Of a DNA stretch of 62,412 bases, positions 12,773 through 25,459 are shown piece after piece. Origin of the DNA: Balamuthia mandrillaris (taxonomy: Eukaryota); NCBI GenBank assembly GCA_031835245.2, contig JAVKOQ020000087.1, forward strand, positions 124,001 to 186,412. The letters run 5' to 3'. The position numbers and the translations under genes are program-made. Position 1 is the stretch's first letter; each line of letters begins with the position of its first letter. The notes below the pieces were generated by a model. The model searched no databases and was not told the DNA's origin. It saw only the letters and a list, made by a program, of their open reading frames with translations.

Positions 12773-13070
12773 CTCTCTCGCTTTTGTATGGCCTTATTAG
12801 TGCTCAGAGTTGCTCTCCTCATTCCTCTCCATCCCACATAAATGTCTTCTAACCATTCTTTATCTTCTTTTATATTTAGAACTGGAATGCAAGTTGACAA
12901 TTGGAGAAGAGCACGTTGAATATGAGCCCATCAAATTGAATTCCAAGGAGAACATTCCAGACTACCTCAAAACGGAGATCTATTTTGCCGCCGACGAGAC
13001 GCCCATCTTTACTGCCAAGTTACTTTCATGGATGTTCCGCAAAGACCCAACAACTGCAAACTCTTCTTAA
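11354..13070 (+). CDS. CSM1: Monopolin subunit Csm1/Pcs1-like protein (disordered N-terminus, coiled coil, C-terminal RWD domain), spliced
   Basis: Coiled coil YDRLLRSYQKLKALRTTKQEE, then FYEFMTQMQV...FNC...LECKL...VEYEP...IPDYLKTEIYF...PIFTAKL, which matches the Csm1 C-terminal pattern. Confidence 0.7.
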
Positions 13071-13227
13071 GACCTTAACTGTTACAAGTTTATTCTTTCT
13101 TTTTAAAGTTGTTAAAACACACAAAAAGACGTTTCTTGTTAATAAACACTTATAGGATTGTCCCATATATCACATCCAAGAGGAGACTAGCCTATGCCGC
13201 GAGAGCAACGTTGCTCTCCTCAATTTT

Positions 13228-16200
13228 TCAACCCGAATCTTCAGGAGGCTGTTGTTCCATGGGCTCTTCTCTTCTCCGTTCTGCTCCTAACATCGGTTCT
13301 TCTCCGTTTTTAGTTGGTCTTCTTCCTTCTCCTTCTCCAGAAGAAGTACCTCCTTCATTGTTTTTGATTTCTTTACTCCTTCTCCATGCGAGTTTGCTGC
13401 TAGTGGTCGGTTTGGAAGAAGAGGAAGCAGAAGGAGAAGAGGTGACTATCTTTGCGTGGACTTCACTCGGTTGAGAAACCGTTCGACGAAGTTGAAGAGG
13501 ACTGTTCCCAAGTTCAGGACCAACAAGGACCTGATGAAGAGCGGTGGCAGTGGCAGAAGTTGGAGCTAAACTCTTTCTTTTTGAACTATCACTCTTATCT
13601 TTTTCTCCTTTCCGTTTGGTTCGTTTCTCTTTCTTCTTGTGGTTCTTTGGAGTCGTGGCATCAGAAGGACCAACATCAAACGATATTGGCGAAGTATCTA
13701 GTTGAAGCAAAGAGGAAGTAAGGTCATGATGTCTGATGCCCGGGAAAGGAGTAGATGTTTCCTTTTCTACCCCTCCACTTCCTCCGCTGCCTTTCCTCTT
13801 TACTTTCTTCTTCTTCTTGTGCTTCTGTTCTTTGCTGGACTCACTGCCGCTGTCTGTCTGGTCCGATGCATCCGTTTCGGCTTTCTTCTTTGTTTGTTCT
13901 TTTGATTCGAAGGACGGGGTCCGTCGGGGACTCTTCATAATGGATGGAATAGGCGTCTTCTTGGTCCATGTGGCGGGTTTTGTCGCCCGAGACCATCGAG
14001 GAGATGAGTTTTTGTTCCTCTTTGTTGCGGTTGGAGGTGGCACGGGAAGCGACGGCGAAGCAGAATGAGAACTCTCATTGGAGAAGCTTTCCTCTCCCTC
14101 TTCGTCATGTACTCCTCCAGTCAAAAACTCGTCTTCCACATCGCTGGCGGATCTTCCATCCAAGACAAGCTCTCCTCTGTTGTTCACGTAGGCAATGTCT
14201 GTGTCAGTATCGCTGTCGATCCCGCCCAGAGCTGACGTTGGCAAGCTGGCGGAGGCGTCCGTGGAGAGTGAAGAAGAAGGGTGGTGCACTATGGTATCCC
14301 CGCTGTGAACGCGGTGACGGCGAAGACTTTGATGAATGGATATGCCACGTTTTTTGTGACGACCACCAGAAGGAGAGGGCGCTGGACAGTCCGAAAGAGA
14401 GGAGGAAGTTGGTTCCTCTTCCGAAAGAGCTCGGGCCGTTCTCGTTAGGCTCGCCATGGTGCCAGTGGCTTCGGGGGTGATAATGGTAACAAATGATGAT
14501 GGCGAAGAAGAATGGAAGTTGTTTAGCTCTGGCAATGACGATGATGATTCTTCTCCTGGACTTCGTTCTCCATGACTGCCGCTGTTGTTGCCATCGGCAG
14601 CGGCCATAGCGGCTTGCACATAAGGGCTGATCATTCCTTTCTTCTTTCGCAAGGTCACTCCTTTGATCTTCGAGAGCAGATGAGGTTTGGTAGAACTTCC
14701 TCCTCCACTTCCACTGCCAGAAGGAGTCAAAAGCGAAGGAGAAGAGCCAGCAGAGGGAGATGAGACGTTTGATGCTGATGGAGAGGTGGAGATGGAACTG
14801 GATGAAGAAGCAAAGGTCTTGTCAAAAAACAGCTGAGAACCGCCGCCCACTCCTGACAAAGAAGCAGCCAACGCAGATCCCGAAGTAGTTGAAAGAGTCT
14901 TGTTCCTCTTTTTTCTCAAGTCCTTTCCCATCCTACTGTTGCTACCGTTGTTCACGGTCCCAAGCTCCACTAGTCCCTCCATTCCAGCGCTAGTGGTGTT
15001 GGACCGCCGTTTCATTTCCTCTCCTTGGCTGATCTCTCCCTCGAAGCTCTTCATCAAGGCAGCACAGACTTCTTGCCCATGAGCCTCCGCCACCTCCGTT
15101 GGAGATCGACCCTCTCCATCCTTGCAAAGCTTTGCTCCTTTATTCCACAGGACTTTAGCACATTCCACCTGGCCGTACAGAGCGCAGTAATGAAGAGGCG
15201 TTCTGTCGTTGTCATCCTTGGCGTTGATGTCTCCTCCATTTTGGAGCAGGAGCTCCAGAGCAACAGCAGCTGACGCGCTATTTGAGCTGGTATATGAGTT
15301 GTTGGTGTTGTTATTCTCTCCATCGACCATGTCGTTGTTGTAGGATAAGATGGTATGCAGGATGGTGCGATGCTCTTCTTCCTGGTTGGGCCAGTTGGGA
15401 TCCGCTCCGGAGGCTATCAGACGCAACACTTCCACATAGTCCTTTTCTCTCGTTGCAGCCCATAAACGCTGCGGTAAGTGTTACACTGTCGTTAGAAAGA
15501 GTGGAAGATAGCGAAAGTATTAAAGAAAGAACAAAGAGAGAGAAGAAGAGATTAAAACCTGTCCAAGCTCATCTGCAGAGCCACTCGCTTTAACCATGAA
15601 AGACTTGGCCACATACTTGGTCTTGATCCATGCTTCCACTACTTTGTTTTCCCCATCTGGTGTTGCTCGTTTGGTTTGCCATTCCTCCGGTACTTTTGTT
15701 TCCCACAACGTCTCGTTTGCTCTCTTGTTTCCTATAAGTTTCATCACCTGCAACACAAGTAAGTTTCATATGAAAAGCCAAAAAAACTCAAGGCAAAGAG
15801 AAAAAGGATAACCTCAATCTGTTGTCTCTCCCACTTATCCAACGCCAAAGACCGCACTTTAGAGACATGCACGCCCAAGCCCCTGTGAATGCCGGAACAC
15901 CGCACGCATATTAGTATGCCCATGTTGAGGACGGCCCACTCTGGGTCTTGCTGCTGGCAATCGGCACATGCCTGGTTGCCGGCCACCTCTCTCAACATGG
16001 CAACCAAACCGGAGGCCGATGTGATGTGAGCACCTCCAATTCCTGCAACTCCTCCCCCTGTTCGTTTATGATGAGAGTTGCAAGAAGAAACAAAAACAAA
16101 CACAAAACTAGAAAGAGAAACAAGCAAGACAAACCAAAATAGTCGGACTCGTCCTCTCTGCCAGAGTCAGTGAGCTGCAAGGCGATGGAATGCTGCAGCA

Positions 16201-17839
16201 CTTTGATCCATTCGGCGTATTCCTCGGCATTCGTGGCCCGCAGCAGCATCCGTTCTTCAGGGGAGATGACCTCAAAGCAGAAGCTCTTCTCGGAGGGAAC
16301 CTCTTTTACTGTACAGAGAAGAAGACTGAGAGAGCCTTCTGGTTCTGGATCCTATTTTTTACAGGTTTGTTTGCAATTCGTTCAATGCTGCTTTGTCTCA
16401 AAAATGACCAACCTTGAAGCTTCTGTAATGAACGAGAATACCTTTCTGAAGGACAAACCAGGAACACTTCCATCCCTTGGCGTTCTTCTTGAAGATATAT
16501 CCCTTTTTCTCGGTGTTCGTTTTGCTGGGTTCTCCGTTGCCAATTCCTTCCACTGTGTCGTGCTGCAACTGAACCTGTTCATAGATCAACGTGTCCTCTT
16601 CTGCTCCCAATGACTTGTTCTGTTTGTGTGACAGATATTTTGTTTTGCACACATATTAGCACAACTACCTTAAAAACAGATAGATAACGTTGCAGCTCAA
16701 AAGAGAAACGCAAGGTTAGAACCGGAGAACATACATTCTCAAATGTTTCCTTCCAGGTCTTCATCTCAGGTTCCTGTTTTAAGAGAGGAAAACCGTTTGT
16801 GTTAGACTACGTGCAAAAAGAGATTGAATGAACGCCATTACCAGGCTCCGAAAGATGGCTTCTTCCTCTTTAGCAAAGGTCAAGAAGGAGGCATAGAAAT
16901 TATAGTACTGTTCCAGAACGGTGTTCATCTTTTTGCTGTCCGCCTCGATGAGCTTCAAAACGGCTGTGTTGTACGTACTTTCGTAGTGTTGTTTCGACTC
17001 CGCCACTTCAGTCTCCAACTGTTATTTACACAAACAAACAAGTTCAGCGTTTAAAGTCCCGACCTGACAATACCAAAAAGAGAGGAGAACCTTTGTGAAC
17101 TTGCCAACATTGGTAGAACTGGAGATACTAGAAAACTTGCTCGACGCATTCTCGAAACGTTCTCTGGCTGCTTCCAAGTTTCTTATCATTTGCTGTATTT
17201 CTTCCATAAGACCTCTGGGCTGCAATGAAGAAAGAAGAGGAGGAAGTGCATAGTACCATAGCCTCTGCCACGTCACCGTTTAAAAAGTTTTTAAGTGTAG
17301 TCATGACTTGGCTTCTCACATCCACCGCCTTTAGTGTTGACGGTTCGTCCAATATAAAGTCGATTGAGAGATGTAGCGGTGTAACAACAAGAGAGAAAGG
17401 GAGAGAGGAGAGAGAAAGAGAGAAACGCACATCTCGGTACCGAGCTTTCGATACTTGTTTTAGAGCATTTGTAAGAGTTGTGGTAGCATAACCAGCTGGT
17501 CGAGTGAACGATACAGAAAAACAGAATGAGCTCACGTTTCGATCATGCGTTCATTCTCTTTGTTTGTTTGTGTTACCTTCAATGCCATGATGCACGTTAA
17601 AGTCAACCATGTCCATGATCCACTGTTGTTCTTTCATATAGAGATCTGTTTTTGTTGTTTTAACGAGTTTTTGTTCTTGTTTTGAAGCACGCACCAAAGG
17701 AAAATGAAATTATGAAGCGTACCCTCACGAGCCTTTGAAAGCTCTTCGCTGGACTTCACCAGCTGTCTCAAGTGTTTGTGCAATTTGACGATATTCTAAA
17801 AAGATAGCCAATAAAGAAAGTGAGTGCCAAGATGAGTCT

Positions 17840-17881
<42 letters not shown>

Positions 17882-18158
17882 AAACATATTTAAGTTGTGC
17901 AAACTTCTCGGGTTCTCGTGGCAAAGCCCCGATCTTCAACGTGGTGACCATGGTAGGTGTCGCCCAAGTCTCCCGTCGCTCCGCGCCCACAGCCGTTATC
18001 ACCGTTCCTCCGGGACTTGTTCCTCCACCTCCTGAGCCTCCTGAGGCTCCGCTCCCTAGACTCCCGTTGCCTCCTCCCCCTCCCCCACCTACAGTGTAGG
18101 GGCTACTTCCTCCACTTCCTGAGATCTCCAAGTGACCGCTTGTTTTGATGAAGCTCAT
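13228..18158 (-). CDS. ACAP/centaurin-beta-type ArfGAP (BAR-like helical region, PH, ArfGAP, ankyrin repeats, long S/K-rich tail), multi-exon
   Basis: PH KKGYIFKK..WFVLQKGILVHY...LRATNAEEYAEWIKVLQ. ArfGAP GNQACADC...PEWAVLNMGILICVRCSGIHRGLGVHVSKVRSL.LDKW. Ankyrin RTPLHYCALYGQVECAKVL. Confidence 0.9.
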
Positions 18159-19302
18159 TCCTGCTTGTGCGTTGCTTGACTCTTGTTTCGTGCAAAATGC
18201 AGAAAAGTCTTTCAGTGAGCATATGCACGGTGTCCGTTTCTTTTGTGCCTTGCCCACCTATGTCCTTCGTGCTTGGTTGTCAGAAAGTTTTTGCCCTTCG
18301 CAAGAGGGAACCAATATCTGAGAGAGAGAGAGAGAGAGAGAAGTGACCTCTTGGGAAATAAAAGCTCACCTCTTGCCTCCCACAAAGGGGTAACCCCGCC
18401 CCTTTTCCTTGTCCTTCGAAAAGAAAAAGCCAAAAGAGAAAAAACGCAAAGGAGCATAGCTGCACGAAAAGACGCTGTGCTCCGTTTTACTGTCGACGCT
18501 TGTCGTCATTTACAGCAATAAACCTGTAGCTTTTGACCTGTGCTTGGGCGCCATGCCTGTCACCACCCATGCGAGAGAGGAGAACCATACAGAGGCTCTG
18601 AGCGAGAGCTCAAGGTTCAAAACGCTCCATCGGTATTGTATTGTGGCAGCTGAAGAAGAAGAAGAAAAAAGACGATCACAACAACCACAAACAATTTTTT
18701 TAAAAAAAAATCACACACAAAAATAGTCCTTGATGTATCCCCTAGCTTGAAGATTAATATTCTGTTTTTTTTGTCGTACACAAACGGTTGGGTTCGGTCT
18801 CTCCTCCTCCAGGCAATAGGTCGTCGTCCTTGCACCCGATGAGATGGTGCGCAACACACGACTCTCTTGCTCCTGCGAGAGAGAGGCGGGTAGTCGAGGG
18901 TCACTCGCTAACTCGCGAAACTAAAGCCACCCCTCTCCCGCAAAACCGTGTCCAACAAACTCAGCAAAGCAACCTCAACCCGTGACCCTGACCTTTTCCG
19001 CTCGCCCCTCATTTCCTTCGATCAATTTATTTATGTATTTTGTTTACCAGAGGACAAACAAAATAAAATAGAAAAAGAAGAGTTCCTCAGAGGAGACAAA
19101 GAAACTGTTTCGAAAAGATCGTAACGAGAGAAAACCCCCTCAAAAAAAAAAATCCGAGTAGCAAGCTGCACGAGATTAGGACCTCTGTTGCTTTTTTTTA
19201 AAAAAAAACTAAAGGGAGATCTGTTTTAAATACTCTCGATTGAACGAGGAGGAGGAGGAGAAAAAAAAATCCCCTTCTCTCTCTCTTCGGTTATTTAAAA
19301 AG

Positions 19303-19659
19303 ATGGCGGAGCCGAAAGAACAAGTGGTTGTGTCAAGCGAGGGAGGAGATGGTGGTGTTGCCACAAAGGTTGAGGTGAGCGCCAACCCGCCCTTACAAAC
19401 GCAAGAGCAAGCGCCAAGTAATATTCACGCCTCCCTTCTACTGCTTTTTGATTTGTTTTATTTCTTGATTAGCGATCGCCAACCACAAAACTTTGCTTTT
19501 CTCTCTCTCCTTTTTTTTAAAAAACGATGTTATGAGTAGTGACGGCAGAACAAAAACGAAACTTGGCGGTGCAAGAGATACTGACCACAGAACGAACCTA
19601 CGTACAAAGCCTTCAAATCATTGTCAACGTAAGAAACCGTTCCTTCTCTTTCTTGCTCG

Positions 19660-19693
<34 letters not shown>

Positions 19694-20017
19694 TTAATGT
19701 TCACTAAGCCTTCTCTCTCTCTCTCATGTTGACGGTGGTTCAAAACAGTCATACTTGAAACCGTTGCAATTGAAGAACTTGCTCCCAAAGAAGCAAATAG
19801 AGTTCATTTTCTCCAACCTAGAACACATACTCATTATCAACGCAGAGTTGTTGGGTTCGTTGGAAGAAAGAATGATACCAACGGAATGGGCAGCCAAGCA
19901 ACAAACTGTTGGAGATGTGATGAACAAACTGGTCAGTTCTCTCTCCCATCTCTTCTCTGTTTCTTCTTTCATCTCTCGCTTCTGAAACTGTTTTCCGCTT
20001 CTCTTTTCTTCTGTTAG

Positions 20018-20048
<31 letters not shown>

Positions 20049-22150
20049 TCTCTCTCTGGTCTGACTCTCATCCTTTTGACGATAATAGATCCCTTGGTTG
20101 AAACTATATCGCCTTTACTGCGAGAACTATCACAACGCAAGCCAACGGCTCGTCGAATTGATGGAAAAGAACGCAACGTTGAGCGAATTTCTAACAGTAC
20201 TTATTCACTCATTTGTTTCAATATCTCCTTCCGTTTTTTCTCCAGGCTTATTTCCTTTTCTCTCTCTCTCTCTCTCTCTCTCCTACTTTCACCATCATAA
20301 TAGAAAACAGTAGAGACGGAAAGAGTATTGGATTTGCCTTCATTGTTGATTATGCCTATCCAACGAATCCCGAGATATAAGATGTTGCTCGAGGTACGTT
20401 ATGTCCTTTGCTTTATATGCTCTTCTCTCAAGTTCGTTTTGGTATCTCAACTCACTATAAAATCTATCTACAGCAAACAATTAAATATACTTCTGAAACA
20501 CATCCTGACTACGAACCTTTGAACCACGCTTTGAGCAAAGTGAACGAGGTCGCAGATGTCATCAACGACAGCGTTCGGACGCGTCAAAACTTCGAACAAC
20601 TCCAAGAGCTGGAGAAGCGTCTCACAGGAAAACTTCCGGTTTGTTTCTTGTTCGGCCTTCTTTTATTCTACAATTAACAACCCTCCTTCCATTAGAAAAA
20701 CTTTGCAAGGCCATACCGGGCACTTATCCACCAAGGCGTACTCACAAAGCTTTGCCGGAAGATCCCAAAGCCTCGTTACTTCTTCCTCTTCAACGACCTA
20801 CTAATGTACGGAGAGGAGAGCAAGGCCAAAGTCTACTCTGACTTTAATATCCACCGCTTCATAAGCCTTCGCTCCGGCCGCATTTCTGATGTTGAGGACT
20901 CCTCTAAGGCCAAGAACGCTTTCAAAGTGGTCAGCAAGGAAAAGTCCTTTTTGGTTTGGGCTAGTTCTCCTGAAGAGAAGCAACTTTGGGCACAGAAGAT
21001 TGAGGAAGCGGCTGTGAGCAGAGAGAAATGGAAGATCATAAAGTCGGAGGATGGAGATGAGGAAGAGGAGGAGTATGATGCACCAATTTGGGTGAATGAC
21101 CAGGAATTCAAAGAGTGCATGCTTTGCACCATCAAGTTTACTGCCATTCGTCGCAAAGTACGTGTCTTCTTGTTCTTTGTTATGTTTGTTTTTATTTGTT
21201 GTTTTATGTTTTTATGTTTTTAATTTTTTTTTGTATAACTTATCTTTCTTGAATTTATTTATGCAGCACCATTGCCGTAAATGCGGAAAGTTGGTTTGTA
21301 ACAAATGTTCAGAGAAGCGATGGGAACTGCCGAACATAGGTAAGGAGCGCGTCTGCGATGTTTGCTTTGAAGAGTTGAGCAGCGAGGGCGCACGACGAAA
21401 GTCCATCCGCATGCCCAGCCCCTCCAACGCAGGCAACGGGGAGGGAGGCTCTTCCTCCTTAAGCTCTAAGATCGACGCCATGTACAACAAAGACCCCAGC
21501 GGTAGAGGCCAAAGCTTCCGGCTGTACGTCTTTCTCTGCACCGCTTTTCTGCTCCACTTGCTCTTCTCTAACTTTATCAACTGTTGCTTAATCACAATAG
21601 ACCACCACCAAAGCCATTGTCACTGGCTTCACTGAAAGCTGAACCCCGCGAGCTGTCTCGCGGACACAGTGCTACCCAATCCGCTCCAAACCTCCCAACT
21701 CCCTCCGCCGGCACCTCCTCACCCCTCAACCCACGACACATCCCCAACAAAGCATTACCGGTGGTCCCCTCTCCTACCTCCCCTAAATCAACCACAAATG
21801 GCCATTCCTCTTCTTCTTCAAGCAGACCAGGACTCAATAAGTCGGGGACAGGGATGCGCGGCCCTCACTCTAAAAGCCCTCCTAAGACGCTCCGCAAACT
21901 CCCCTCTAAGCCTCTGCCCCCTCCGCCAACATCCACCCTCAGCGCTGCCGTTGATGCTCTCGCCCTTGAAGGCAACAACAATAATAACAAAGGACTATCT
22001 ACAGGGTTGAGCGCAAGCATGAGAGCACCACCGCCGCGTCCGGCTCGCGCACCACGGGGCAGCAACACCAACTCACCTCCAGTTACCACCGGTTCTGCTC
22101 ATCCCTTTGATCAGCCACCAAGCAGAGCGCCTCCAAGGCCTCCTGGTTGA
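19303..22150 (+). CDS. FGD-like RhoGEF (DH-PH-FYVE) with proline-rich C-terminus, multi-exon
   Basis: DH EILTTERTYVQSL...IFSNLEHI...LPSLLIMPIQRIPRYKMLL. PH RYFFLFNDLLMYG...WAQKI. FYVE WVND..CMLC..F...RRK|HHCRKCGKLVC..C...RVCDVCF. Confidence 0.92.
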
Positions 22151-22387
22151 ACTTTTCTGCAACTGTTTTGGTGATCCCCACTGTTTTTCCCTTTTTTTTT
22201 TTATTTTGTACTTAGCTACAGGTGTGTTGTTGAGGAGAGACCCTTTATTTTTTTTGTTCCCTATTTATTGTTCTCTTTATGTTTCCATTTCGTTTTGAAC
22301 TGCTTTGATGTGCGCAAGAAGAAGATTCATAAACAAAAAAAAAAGATCAAATTATGTTTGTTCTTGCATATTATTATTGTTTTTTGT

Positions 22388-22780
22388 TTAGAAGTAAGCC
22401 AAGGAATCCGTGGCAGACAGGGAAGTCTTGATGGAGTGGAGGCTGACGTTCTGGGACAAGTCCTTGTAAACTCTGGCGTGAACGAACTCTCCGTTTCCAA
22501 CGTCAATCTTGAAAAAGTAGTTGATGCCTGCTACCACCTTTTTTTAAGAGTAATCAAAGTGTGAGTTAGAAAGATTTACAAAGACAAAGACAAGTTTGAG
22601 TGTGATTGGCCAAGAAAGAAAAAAAAAACAACAACAAACCTGGGTGGAGTATTCCTTGGGCTCAAAGGTAGAGAAAGTCTTTCCTGCCTTGCTCTCAATC
22701 TCGCTCTTGACGCTCAGGGCAACCTGCTTGGCAGCGTCATCGATGGGCTTTGGGGCGGTGGTTCCTCCAGGTCTGGACAT
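22388..22780 (-). CDS. Cystatin/stefin (type 1 cysteine protease inhibitor), 2 exons
   Basis: N-terminal PGG, the STQ|VVAGINY hairpin motif (QxVxG) and a C-terminal D.LAYF*. Confidence 0.92.
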
Positions 22781-23043
22781 TGTTTATTGTGTGCGTGAAA
22801 GAGAGAGAGGTTTTTGTAGGTGTGCTATCTGCTGCGTTGCTAGCTTGTTCTCAAAAAATAAAACTTTGTGATTAAAAAAAAGAAATAAATAATATTTATT
22901 CAAGTTTTTATTTTTTTGCTTGTGGAACTCAAAGAAAGGAAATGTGAAAACTACTGTTTTTTTAACAGTTTCGTTGGTTGGGCGAAAGGCCGCGAAAAAT
23001 GGTGTTTTTGTCGACGAGGAGGGGAAGCGCTTCTCCCTTTTCG

Positions 23044-23493
23044 GTGCATGTTTTCTGTTGTTGCTTTCCAACCGCCCCCTTTGCTGCTGTCCTGCTGTGC
23101 TTTCTTTTGCAATGGACCCCCAACCGATAGCACAAGAACAAGGGGGGAAGGGGAGGGGTTTGTTTGTTGCTTTTTAAAAAAGGGTATTTTAGGAACATTG
23201 TAGAAGAAGTTCCACAAATTGTTCGTCAGAGACCTCTTTGATGGAGGTCCTTTGTAGCAACTCGGCCAATCTGCATGCCAGTTGATGTTTACACTTTGGT
23301 GAATGATTCAAGGAGAGAAGAGGACGGAGAACAAGGGAATAGGAGGAGGCAGCGAAGAAGGCAGAGAAACCAAACAGCAGAGGGGAAGAACGAGTGAGCG
23401 AGAGCAAAGTAATGGATGAAGAAGAGAGCAGAGAAGACGAGAATGAAAAGAAGAGGAGGAGAAGGAGAGTGAACCATGAGTGAGCCTCGTTTC
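23044..23493 (-). repeat. Direct repeat copy 1: duplicated 3' end of ZSWIM7 (exon tail, last intron, last exon, 3' flank)
   Basis: Near-identical to 27821-28204, with 3 substitutions seen in the core and an approximately 65-bp indel in the 3' flank. It encodes CKHQLACRLAELL...LLQCS*. Confidence 0.95.
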
Positions 23494-23959
23494 GTTGGTT
23501 GGGCTGATCTGTTTCAGGACCTTAATTTCCAACAAAACACTTTTTTTCTTTTTTTAAGTGTCTTGCCCTAACCTTAAATTTTGAAGGCTCAAGAGAAAAA
23601 AGGAATACTTTCCTTATATTTCATGGGTAAATTCTTCATAAGTGAGTGGTTGCCCTTATCCGGCGCAGCTCTCTCCTATCTACCTTGCCAGTTTTTGCTG
23701 GAGTCTTTTATCATTTACTTGCTTTTACTGAAACAAAAAATTCCTTGAATTGAGAAACAAAGGACCAAAGAAGAGAAAAAAAGGCCACAAAGAAAGATAG
23801 CAAGAGAGGAGGAGGCCAAAGCATGAGGGGAGAGCACGAGAAGAGGAAGAACAAGAACAAGAACAAGAAGAACATCAAGAAGAAAACAAGAACAAGAAGC
23901 AAGAACCTGTTTCAACTCTGCACACATAAGCTGCTGGAAAACAGAGTGTTGATAAAATC

Positions 23960-24850
23960 ACCAACACTTATCTCAAGACTCCTCATGTTGGATCTGTCCC
24001 GGACCCTCAGCTCTCCTTTCTTTTGTATCTTCCATCCTTCCTTTCTCCCTTTTTCCTTTTCTCTCAGTGTACTTTGAAGCAACGTTGGAGATTCACTCTC
24101 GTTGTCCTTCCTCTATTCTCTTGAATACACTTCTTGTCTCATTACCAACTCTTTCTTTCCTAAGGTTGGATTCAACCAACAAGAGTAATAGTAGCATTGC
24201 TTTCATGAAGTTTAATCTTGGTACAATAGTTAAAGCTCGCTCTGGTGAGGTGGCTTCTCTGGCCCTTTTCGTTTCACTGCCAGGGCTTCAATGCTTTCTG
24301 CTCTGCTGAGCATGAAATTGTAAAGATAGAAAGCGCCCATGAATAAACTTGCAAGGTACTAAACTATGCTCATCCCCACTATTTCATTGTTCAAGGTTTC
24401 TGTTAGGATTTGAACTGAACTTTTCTTCACCACCTTGCATATTACCAGATTGAAGGCATAAAATCTCTAAGGGCAACATGGGTTTGACTGTTTGCTTGTC
24501 TTGGAACATATGAAAGGATGGATGGAAGTGAGGCTTACACTATGATTGGTAGCAACTGGGTAAGATATTAATTATTTTGTTTTTTGGTTGTAACTGTTGT
24601 TGATATTCTGTTTTCTGGCATCCTTCCACTTTGGCTAGAACATGACATTTGCTTTCACTATCAGCTTCAGCTTTGACTTCAACTTCAACTTTGGCTTTAA
24701 CTTCAGCTTTGACTTCACTTTCAACTTTGGGTTCCGTTTCACCTTTGGCTTCAGCTTCAACTTCAGCTTTTGATTATTCCTCTTCTTCTTTTTCCTCCTC
24801 TTCACCATTCCCATCCTCCTACTCATCTCCCTCCTCTTCTTTCTTGACTA
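23960..24850 (-). pseudogene. Degenerate reading frame (E/K/A/V-rich repeats) with multiple in-frame stops, product unknown
   Basis: One frame reads KKEEEGDE*EDGNGEEEEKEEEE*SKAEVEAEAKGETEPKVESEVKAEV... and continues for about 290 codons with scattered TAG/TAA/TGA. Confidence 0.5.
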
Positions 24851-25459
24851 TAAAATGGGAAGAATATTAAATGGAAGCATCTGAAAAGGCACTTACCCTA
24901 AACAATTAGCTTCCATGATCGATGGGTTGATAATTAACCCACCAACCAAAAATCAAAATAGGTGCCTAACTATTTTAGAGCAGAGATCTTGATGATGTTT
25001 TTCCATATATATATGACCAACGCGCAGTGGTTTGGTTTGGCGGTGGTCCTTGTCGACACTAAATTTCCAGCTATTTCATATTTGGAAAGTTAAATTTTTT
25101 CTCAAGTTTGCTAAACAAATTTTAATTTCGAAAGACTTTTTTCCACCAGGCGTACCTACTGCTGTGCCCTGACCAAGCCATTATTCTGACTCGTTTGCAC
25201 TAACTCCAAAGTGACCTTACACGCCACTGCTGAAGGCAAGGCAACTTGTTGAGATTAATCCGAGGTTTTCTCACAATCCCAGTTTGTTCTCCTGCGTTTT
25301 GATTTGAGTTTCACAACTTGAATCTAACACCTACGTTCATACTGTGAATCATAGGTGCTCACCTTTGTTCTGACTGCTGACTCATAGCGGAGCCTCACAC
25401 CCTCCTCTAACAGCAATCTGGGACCGCTTCCAACTGGTGACTTGGAAGCACCAAAAACA

